Shown: positions 57,205-64,000 of the stretch, in pieces | Numbering within the stretch: the stretch's first letter is position 1 | How the letters are laid out: the number at the start of each line of letters is the position of its first letter | Origin: an uncultured Sulfuricurvum sp. | Lineage (GTDB): Bacteria; Campylobacterota; Campylobacteria; Campylobacterales; Sulfurimonadaceae | NCBI GenBank assembly: GCA_964468865.1 | Contig: CAYXWQ010000005.1 | Coordinates: 19,641-83,640 of the forward strand | Direction: 5' to 3' | Length of the DNA stretch: 64,000 nucleotides | Notes under the pieces: generated by a model | Seen by the model: the letters and a program-made list of their open reading frames with translations, nothing else | Told to the model about the DNA's origin: nothing | Databases searched by the model: none | Made by a program: the position numbers and the translations under genes

Positions 57205-58083
57205 TTATTGCGCTGTGAAATATTCCAGTGCAATCCCTTCTCGAAGGCCGTCGTCGACAATGATCGCCTCTTCGTATCCCAGCGCTTCGTAAATGGCGGT
57301 CACCATCAGTATACCGGCGATAATGAGGTTTTCCCGCCCGACACCCACATAACGTACCCGCTTCCCTTCATCCATCCCCAAAAGCTCATCATACGCACGA
57401 TAGCACTCGCCGAGGCTCAGTACACATCCGTTGATCCGTTCGGGATCGTATGTCTCATAATCCATCCCTTTCAGATACGCCGCGATCGTCGTCGGCGTTC
57501 CGGCGGTAAGGACCAGTCTCTCGGCCCTGTGGGGCATTGACGAACGGACATCGTTTTTGAAATCGCTGATCCGCTCCCGCAGGGTATCCTCGGAATCGGA
57601 ACTCTCGCTGAGCGTCACGATCCCCGTATTCAGGCTCACCGCTCGCACCGTGTCATCCGCCCTATGGATCAGCTCCGTCGATCCTCCGCCGATATCGACC
57701 AAAACGAACGACAAGGGCTCAATACCCAGTCTACCAAGACGGTACCGTACCGCCTGAAGGGTCAGCGAAGCCTCTTTGTCCGCGTCGATAATCGTAAAAG
57801 AGACTCCCGTCGCTTCCCGAATCCGTTCCAGTACTTCGGAACCGTTTTCAGCCATCCGCATCGCAGCGGTCGTATACCCAACCACGCACTGTGTTGAAAA
57901 ATCGAGTTTTGTTTTAGCTTCAGCGATCGCATCCAGGATACGGCCGATCGCCGCTTCCCCGATCCGTCCGCTCAAGCGAAGCGATTCGGCTGTTTTGATG
58001 ATCTTTTCAAAACTTTTTCCCCAACTCTCTCCGTCATACTCGATAAAACGGATCGTATTGGACCCCAGATCGATCGCAATCAT
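57205..58083 (-). CDS. ppx: Short Ppx/GppA family phosphatase (no HD domain)
   Basis: AIDLGSNT, TAAMR.A.N, DIGGGSTE, GLREG; ATG 58083 overlaps the upstream stop. Confidence 0.88.
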   Translation of the reverse strand: MIAIDLGSNTIRFIEYDGESWGKSFEKIIKTAESLRLSGRIGEAAIGRILDAIAEAKTKLDFSTQCVVGYTTAAMRMAENGSEVLERIREATGVSFTIIDADKEASLTLQAVRYRLGRLGIEPLSFVLVDIGGGSTELIHRADDTVRAVSLNTGIVTLSESSDSEDTLRERISDFKNDVRSSMPHRAERLVLTAGTPTTIAAYLKGMDYETYDPERINGCVLSLGECYRAYDELLGMDEGKRVRYVGVGRENLIIAGILMVTAIYEALGYEEAIIVDDGLREGIALEYFTAQ

Positions 58084-60206
58084 ACGGCGGCAATATCGTC
58101 GATCCGCATCAGCGGCGTCCACGACTCCAGGGATCCTTGCGTAAGCTTATCAGGATCAAGCAAGGAATCATAGTTTGTCTTAAAATACCGGACTACAGAC
58201 ATAATCCCCTCTTCGATGCCAAACATGGCGATATAGCGGCGGATGCCGTTTTCGATCAGACTTTGCGGTGCGCGGAGCGCAATCTTGTTTTCGATCTGGC
58301 TGCAATAGCACTGGGCCATGACGCTCCCCATCGCCGCATATTTTTCCCGAACCGTCCGATAGGGCTCAAACACCTCCATCACCTCGCGCGGCTCCCCTTT
58401 TGCGGCATAGCGCTGCGCATCATCAACCCTGCGGTTCCACTGCCGTTCCAGATCCTGCGCTTCGCGCGTCTCGTACAAAAAGGGAAAGGTGTTCAGGTAC
58501 GAAAACGCGTTTGCCAGATTGTTCGCGGCGACCGCCTTGAAAAAAAGGTGTTTGACTTTGATCGTTTCGGACATTTGCCGTGCTTCATGGGCATAGTCGG
58601 GAAACGCCATCAGGATGTCACACCCGTTTTGGGCGGCTGCGTACTCTCCCTCCTCATACGCTTTGTGCGTCTGGATATAGAGCTTGTCGGCAGATTCAAG
58701 AACCGCCGTATATTCTGCGAACTCTTTGAGGAACGGATGGCGCTTGATCAAATCGAAGAATTTAACGTAATCGCGCTGTGTGACCACTTTTTTGAAATAT
58801 TCATACATCCGGCGTTCCGCAAAGAGCTGCTGGATCAAAGCGGTTTTGGAGGAGATCCCCCGATACGGAGCCAGTACGGTTCTGGCCTGTTCTTCGCCGC
58901 CCGGCTGCATGATCAGCTCCTGCGCTTTGGAAAAGCGCTTTTGCCATTTTTCTTCCATATTCCGGTACAAATCGGAATCTTTGAAGGCGGGATATTGATT
59001 GGCCAGCGAGTAGGCAAGCCCGTAACGCTCCTCCTGCACATGGGTCTTAAACTGCGAAAACCGCTCGTAATCGCGCAGCATCTGAGTGATAAAAGCGGTT
59101 TTCCTCGGAATTCCCGAAAAAAGGTCCAGGAGCGCTTTGGCCTGGTTACGCTCGTTGTTTTCAAGCAGAGAACGTGCCTTGGCGACAACATCGCCCCATA
59201 TCCGTTCAACCGCTTCGTAGGCTTTGGAATAGGCCAGCATCGGGTTGATTTCCAAGGCGCTGTAAAACGCTTTGTACTCCCGTTCGCGCAAAAGCTTCAT
59301 ATAGGCTTCTTCGTTTCCGAAAAGCGCATAGACGCGGACATTTCCCGCCGCTGTCCCAACCGCAAGACGGTACGGTTTTTGCAGGAATGCCAGGGAAGTG
59401 ACCGGTTCTTTTTCCTTGAGATAACGTTGCGTCACCGGTTCCAGACGCTCCATATCGTACAAAGCGACGTATCCCAACCGGGTGCCGACGCATGCGAAAC
59501 GGCCATCATTGCTCAGACTCATGGAAGTCACTTCGTCGTTCATTTTCACCAAACGTTTGATCAGCTGCCCTTTGCGGATGTCCCAGACGATCATTCCCCC
59601 CTCCTTGTCTGCGGAGAGGAGCCTTGCATGGGGGAGAAAAAGGAGTTTGATAATCGGGCTGGCGTGTCCGCGGAGCTTGAGCGGCTCCTTCATGATCCCC
59701 AGATTCAGCAGATGGATCGCTCTGTCATAGCTTCCTGTCGCGATCCACTGCCCGTTTTCATTGAAAGCGACCGTCGTTATGAAATCGGCATGGTGGGGCA
59801 TCGTAAACGCCAGACGTCCCGTTTTCAGAACCCACACAAAGGCTTTTCCGTCCTGCCCTCCGGTGACACAGTAACGGCTGTTGGGATCAATCCCCACCGA
59901 CTCGATCTCCCCTTTATGGCGGCCGAGTTTCCGGATAAGCGCTTTGTCGGTGACACTGAATAAACCGGCTTGTTCCGTACCGGGGATCGTCGAGAGGGTA
60001 TATTCTCCGCTCTGCGATACATCGACGTGTGATCCGACAAGGCGCTCATGCTGTAGATTTGTTTTCATGCCGCCGACAAGGGCATAAGTATCAGAAGAGA
60101 GGATGCGGAGCGAATTCTGGGCGTCTACGATTCCAAGGTTGCCGTCGGAGAGGGTTTTGAGAAGAAGGACGGGTTGTTTTATATTAAATAATTTTAAAAC
60201 CTCCAC
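58080..60206 (-). CDS. WD40 beta-propeller protein with C-terminal helical repeats
   Basis: HKGEIESV...TGGQDGKAFVW, HADFITTVAF...ATGSYDRAI, GHASPI...SADKEGGMIVWD; helical C-half. Confidence 0.85.
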   Translation of the reverse strand: MEVLKLFNIKQPVLLLKTLSDGNLGIVDAQNSLRILSSDTYALVGGMKTNLQHERLVGSHVDVSQSGEYTLSTIPGTEQAGLFSVTDKALIRKLGRHKGEIESVGIDPNSRYCVTGGQDGKAFVWVLKTGRLAFTMPHHADFITTVAFNENGQWIATGSYDRAIHLLNLGIMKEPLKLRGHASPIIKLLFLPHARLLSADKEGGMIVWDIRKGQLIKRLVKMNDEVTSMSLSNDGRFACVGTRLGYVALYDMERLEPVTQRYLKEKEPVTSLAFLQKPYRLAVGTAAGNVRVYALFGNEEAYMKLLREREYKAFYSALEINPMLAYSKAYEAVERIWGDVVAKARSLLENNERNQAKALLDLFSGIPRKTAFITQMLRDYERFSQFKTHVQEERYGLAYSLANQYPAFKDSDLYRNMEEKWQKRFSKAQELIMQPGGEEQARTVLAPYRGISSKTALIQQLFAERRMYEYFKKVVTQRDYVKFFDLIKRHPFLKEFAEYTAVLESADKLYIQTHKAYEEGEYAAAQNGCDILMAFPDYAHEARQMSETIKVKHLFFKAVAANNLANAFSYLNTFPFLYETREAQDLERQWNRRVDDAQRYAAKGEPREVMEVFEPYRTVREKYAAMGSVMAQCYCSQIENKIALRAPQSLIENGIRRYIAMFGIEEGIMSVVRYFKTNYDSLLDPDKLTQGSLESWTPLMRIDDIAAV
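58287..59309 (-). repeat. Four tandem ~84-aa protein-level helical repeats
   Basis: Units centred on P322, P406, P491, P575: FYSALEINPML, AYSLANQYPAF, FFDLIKRHPFL, AFSYLNTFPFL; units 1, 2 and 4 have a W 15 residues later. Confidence 0.75.
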
Positions 60207-60218
60207 CCCCTTCTCCTT

Positions 60219-61430
60219 TTAATGCTCTTCGCTGCTTAGGTAGCGGTGTTCTTTGAGGAGGGAACGGATTTGATCCTGATGCTCTTTCCCTTTTGTCTCC
60301 AGATGGATCGTCACGTTCGCGTCACCGTACGCCAGCGTCGTGGAGGTGCGGTCGTAGGCGATATGGACGATGTTCGCGTTGAGCCCCTGGAGCATCTCGG
60401 TCAGCTGCATCAGGGCTCCGGGTTTGTCGATGAGTGTGACGGTCACTTTCATCTTCCTTCCCGATTTGATCAGCCCTTTTTCGATGATGATCGAGAGGAG
60501 GGTCACGTCCATGTTTCCGCCGCTGAGGACGGTCCCCACTTTTTTCCCTTTCAGGTCGTCGAGCTTGCCGTGCAGCAGCGCGGCGACCCCGGCTGCTCCG
60601 GCCCCCTCGACAACGAGCTTTTGCCGCTCCAGGAGGAACAGGATCGCATTAGCGATCTCTTCGTCATCGACGGTGACGATCCGATCGACCGTCTCCAGGA
60701 TATGCCCCAGTGTCACCTCCGAGGTGTCGCGCACGGCGATCCCATCGGCGATCGTGCGTACCGTCGTGCTGTCGATCGCACGTTTGGCCTCGAACGATTC
60801 TTTCATCGCCGGTGCCCCCTGTGCACTCACACCGATTACCATCGTGTTCGGCGAGAGGGCCTTTATCGCCGATGCCATCCCGGAGATCAGACCGCCTCCC
60901 CCGACGGGGATGACGACCGCATCGAGGTCCTTGATCGATTCGAGCATCTCCAGCGCGATCGTCCCCTGCCCCGCCATGACCGCTTCGTCGGCAAAGGGAT
61001 GGACAAAAACCATAGCGTGCTTACGGCCATGTTCGGCGGCATACGCGTACGCCTCGTCGTAGTTGCTCCCGGCGAGAATCACCTCGGCACCGTAGTAGCG
61101 AACTCCGTTGATCTTGGTCAGCGGGGTCGATTCGGGCATGACGATGAGCGCGCTGATCCCGAACATCTGGGCCGCCATAGCGACCCCCTGGGCGTGGTTT
61201 CCCGCACTCGCGGCGATGACCCCCTGCGCGCGCTCCGCATCGCTGAGGGTCGCGATCTTGTTATAAGCCCCCCGGATTTTGAACGCCCCGGTCACCTGAA
61301 GGTTCTCTTTTTTGAGATAGATTTCGCATCCGCACTCTTCGCTGAGGCGGGGGGCAAAGGAAAACGAAGTCTCGACGACGATGGGTTTGATCCGCTCGTG
61401 AGCGCGATAGATTGTTTCCAGATCGATCAA
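60219..61430 (-). CDS. ilvA: Threonine ammonia-lyase with ACT domain
   Basis: KKENLQVTGAFKIRGA, ASAGNHAQG, PVGGGGL, LSGGN, DKPGAL. Confidence 0.95.
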   Translation of the reverse strand: MIDLETIYRAHERIKPIVVETSFSFAPRLSEECGCEIYLKKENLQVTGAFKIRGAYNKIATLSDAERAQGVIAASAGNHAQGVAMAAQMFGISALIVMPESTPLTKINGVRYYGAEVILAGSNYDEAYAYAAEHGRKHAMVFVHPFADEAVMAGQGTIALEMLESIKDLDAVVIPVGGGGLISGMASAIKALSPNTMVIGVSAQGAPAMKESFEAKRAIDSTTVRTIADGIAVRDTSEVTLGHILETVDRIVTVDDEEIANAILFLLERQKLVVEGAGAAGVAALLHGKLDDLKGKKVGTVLSGGNMDVTLLSIIIEKGLIKSGRKMKVTVTLIDKPGALMQLTEMLQGLNANIVHIAYDRTSTTLAYGDANVTIHLETKGKEHQDQIRSLLKEHRYLSSEEH

Positions 61431-61439
61431 GGGGACCCT

Positions 61440-61871
61440 TCAGGCGTGCAGCATATGGTGTTCGACCATGCTGCAGTGGTTTTGGACAACTTTCATCCCG
61501 GCGCTGCGGGCGCGTTCTGCCGCTTCGTTGTTGACAATCCCTTTCTGGGCCCAGAACACTTTGATATCCCCCCGTTCTATGCACGCATCGGCGATCGGCC
61601 CAAGGGCATCGGGTTTGCGGAAGATATTGACCATATCGACAGCAAAGGGGATCTCGGCGAGAGAACGGTAAACCTTCTCTCCCAGAATTGTCTCCTCTTT
61701 GGGGTAGACGGGGACGATTGTGTAGCCGGCGTTTTTGAGATATTCGGCGACGCGGTAGCTGTCTTTGGTGCTGTCGGGAGAGAGCCCCAGAACGGCAATC
61801 GTTTTGACCTCTTCCAAAATAGCTTTCATTTCGGCATTGGTGGCATTAACGGTCGGAAATTCGCATTCCAT
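61440..61871 (-). CDS. CoA-binding protein (YccU family)
   Basis: IAVLGLSP, PVYP, VDMVNIFR, WAQKG; GAGGAG RBS before ATG 61871. Confidence 0.9.
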   Translation of the reverse strand: MECEFPTVNATNAEMKAILEEVKTIAVLGLSPDSTKDSYRVAEYLKNAGYTIVPVYPKEETILGEKVYRSLAEIPFAVDMVNIFRKPDALGPIADACIERGDIKVFWAQKGIVNNEAAERARSAGMKVVQNHCSMVEHHMLHA

Positions 61872-61903
61872 AAAAACTCCTCGGCACATTTAAAAAGTTC
61901 CCC

Positions 61904-61912
61904 ATTATACCA
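61904..61912 (-). promoter_or_regulatory. Extended -10 (TGgTATAAT) for the CoA-binding protein / ilvA unit
   Basis: ATTATACCA on + strand, 33 nt upstream of the start. Confidence 0.6.
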
Positions 61913-62099
61913 AATTCCGGGTGTTTCCCCCTTGATCCACACTTTCGGACGCAAAAACGCAACGCGCCGGACCAATCCGGCCTTTTCTGCCATTTTGCTG
62001 AATAGACAGGGGATGTTTGTGTGTAGATACGATGAGAGGCATGATAGAGAAAAACTTCGGGAAACCCTGCTCAGAGAAGAGAGGGAAAGGGGGCGAAGC

Positions 62100-62633
62100 C
62101 TACCAGGATCTGACCCGGCCGACATCGACATGGACGAAATTCGAAGAGGGGTAATATCCCACACCCCCCTGTTTCATCGCCATCGCGATTTTACGCAGGT
62201 CGGCGAGATTGCGGCCGGGGAGATTGATATCGATCGCTTTTCCTTCCATGTGGAGGCTTTTTTTGGCAACACCCGAGGAGTTGTTCCGAAGTTTTGCGTT
62301 CGACGCGGGCGAGCGGTAGCCGGAGATAACATTAAAGGGCTGGTTGCTCTCCATTTTGGAGCGGATGGCGTAGAGCAGATCGAAGAGTTCGACATCCATA
62401 GGGGCGGCTATCCCGCTACGGTGGTCACGGAGGACATGACTGATCTCGGAGAGCCCTTCAGGGATATATACCCCTTCTGCCCAAAACGTCGTAGTGAGTT
62501 TTTCCCCGGTATGGGTATTGTAAAAAGAGAGAGATTTTTCATGCGGCAGTTTTGCATTTGCCAGCGCCATATTCGGAAACAGCGAAACGGCCGAAGCCAT
62601 CCCGGCGATTTTCAAAAAATGCCTTCGATCCAT
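62100..62633 (-). CDS. ycbK: Tat-exported M15 peptidase YcbK/MepK (DUF882)
   Basis: DRRHFLK Tat motif, NTHTGE, LRDHR, ISGYRS, SLHMEGKAID, FVHVDVG. Confidence 0.92.
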   Translation of the reverse strand: MDRRHFLKIAGMASAVSLFPNMALANAKLPHEKSLSFYNTHTGEKLTTTFWAEGVYIPEGLSEISHVLRDHRSGIAAPMDVELFDLLYAIRSKMESNQPFNVISGYRSPASNAKLRNNSSGVAKKSLHMEGKAIDINLPGRNLADLRKIAMAMKQGGVGYYPSSNFVHVDVGRVRSW

Positions 62634-62785
62634 ACCATACCCCTTTTTTCAGTATCCTTTTTGTACATACTCTTATAATGTTTATTAGTATACCATGTAG
62701 ACTTTAACACCCTTCTTGCACCAATAAATTAATTTCGCAATCCCCAAGATCGGCTGCCGGCACCGTATACCTCATCGGACACGCT

Positions 62786-64000
62786 TTACCATCCCAAAAT
62801 AGCGGCAAGATCATTGTCATAGCCGTATACATCGTCACGGAAATGGGCTTTCCCCTCCTCATCTTCCCATGCACTCCAATAGTTGACGTACACCTTTAGC
62901 GGTTTGGCGAGGAAAATATTTCGGTTGGCCCTTCCGCCGATAAGCGTCTCGACGTTTTGGGCGTTTCCGTCGCGCTCCAGCAGATAGTCCGCAAGGACAA
63001 CCGGCTCCTCTACCCGGATACATCCGGAACTGAAACTCCGTATCGTCTTGTCAAACAGAGTTTTGTAGGGGGTATCATGGATATAGACATCATAGGGATT
63101 GGGAAACATAAACTTCAGCAGTCCGAGGGAATTTTTACGTCCCGCATCCTGCCGAAGATAATAAGGAAACGTTTCCGGATTGGCTTTTGCCCAGTTGATG
63201 GAGTACGGATTGATCGGATTTGCCCCCTTCTCATCCCCGTGACGGAAGATACGGAGCCTCTCTTTTTTGAGGTAGCCGATATTCTTGCGCACGCTGGGAA
63301 AGATATCCTCACGCAAGATTGTGGCGGGGACACGCCAGTAAGGCCTGACAACAAAATAGGTCATCCATGCGCCAAAGATCGGCGTGGCTCTCTCGGGCTT
63401 ACCCACGATGGCTTTCATCCCGAAAAGTGTTTCGCCGTTCTCGATGACATCGAGGGAAAACCCGGGAATGTTGACCGCGATGTGGGAGCGTTCCATCGTC
63501 TCGGGCATCCATCGCCACCGTTCCAGATTCAGACGGATCGCAGCGATCTTCTCTTCCACCGTGATGTTGAGCCGCAAGAGAGTCTCGCTTCCGATTTTGC
63601 CGTCTGGTTTGAGACCGTGCCGGGTCTGAAAATCGATGATGGCGCTGCGAAATCCCTCACCGCTCTCATCCTTCTCGCCCAGATCCCCCTCGGCTCTCAG
63701 CCGCTCTTTGAGTTCGTCCGTATGATAGCGTTCGACCTCCACGGGGTCTGTGCTCAGCGATTCGATTCTACTCCACCCACCCTTCTGCTGTATCCGCAGG
63801 TAGCGCTCCAGTATCCGTTTGAGGGCAAGATAGTCGGGATAACGGGGAGCAAGGTATTCGAGCGATTGGGGGAGAGTATTGGTCTCAAGCGCCTGTCGCA
63901 GGCGTGCCCCCATCCCCGGTGAATCTTTTCTGGCGATCTTCCAGGGTTCAAAAGGCTCCTCGGCCGGCAGCACCCCCCGATACAGATGCTCTCCCAGCAT
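62786..64000 (-). CDS. ycbB: L,D-transpeptidase YcbB/LdtD family, 5' end beyond the window
   Basis: FQTRHGLKPDG PG-binding motif, NLERWRW, VNIP, KFMFPN, YIHDTP, SSGCIRV, FRDDVYG. Confidence 0.92.
   Translation of the reverse strand: MLGEHLYRGVLPAEEPFEPWKIARKDSPGMGARLRQALETNTLPQSLEYLAPRYPDYLALKRILERYLRIQQKGGWSRIESLSTDPVEVERYHTDELKERLRAEGDLGEKDESGEGFRSAIIDFQTRHGLKPDGKIGSETLLRLNITVEEKIAAIRLNLERWRWMPETMERSHIAVNIPGFSLDVIENGETLFGMKAIVGKPERATPIFGAWMTYFVVRPYWRVPATILREDIFPSVRKNIGYLKKERLRIFRHGDEKGANPINPYSINWAKANPETFPYYLRQDAGRKNSLGLLKFMFPNPYDVYIHDTPYKTLFDKTIRSFSSGCIRVEEPVVLADYLLERDGNAQNVETLIGGRANRNIFLAKPLKVYVNYWSAWEDEEGKAHFRDDVYGYDNDLAAILGW

Noticed and set aside
58137-59963. 608-aa plus-strand ORF
   Set aside because: Antisense shadow of the WD40 gene; no motifs.
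61966-61988. GCCGGA-CCAA-TCCGGC hairpin plus short T-run in a 228-bp intergenic gap; possible sRNA
   Set aside because: No plus-strand promoter or known RNA motif seen; may simply be a terminator for ycbK.
60246-62678. 810-aa plus-strand ORF
   Set aside because: Antisense shadow of ilvA, the CoA-binding gene and ycbK; no recognisable motifs.

Overview
A 64 kb window of densely coding chromosomal DNA. Gene order (nadK-recN-tatD-mltD-rlpA-kdsC-lptC-lptA-engB-pbp2; mobB-fbp-metG), the 'IAHQW' histidine kinases and the TGn-TA(T/C/A)AAT promoters point to a free-living Campylobacterota, probably Sulfuricurvum/Sulfurimonas-like (inference). I saw no tRNA, rRNA, CRISPR array, IS or prophage. There are three parts. 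(1) 1-10.4 kb is a signalling island with a truncated NIT-PAS sensor missed by the ORF track, a response regulator, and a heme oxygenase-bacteriophytochrome pair whose photosensory core is joined to a Campylobacterota-type kinase. (2) 12-25.7 kb is a nine-gene alpha-glucan/glycogen operon built on three GH57 enzymes, with no canonical glgC/glgB/glgX/malQ. It includes a nucleotidyltransferase fused to a degenerate phosphomutase, a GalT-like protein, a DUF4912-like protein and a short glucan phosphorylase with Thr in place of the PLP-binding Lys. This operon is the best candidate for a poorly described system. (3) 26-64 kb is mostly housekeeping, with several odd proteins: a WD40 propeller followed by four ~84-aa helical repeats, a Mur-ligase-like protein ending in a possible beta-clamp motif, and a GluRS paralogue with KMSER instead of KMSKR. 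All family calls come from motif recognition by eye; no database search was run.
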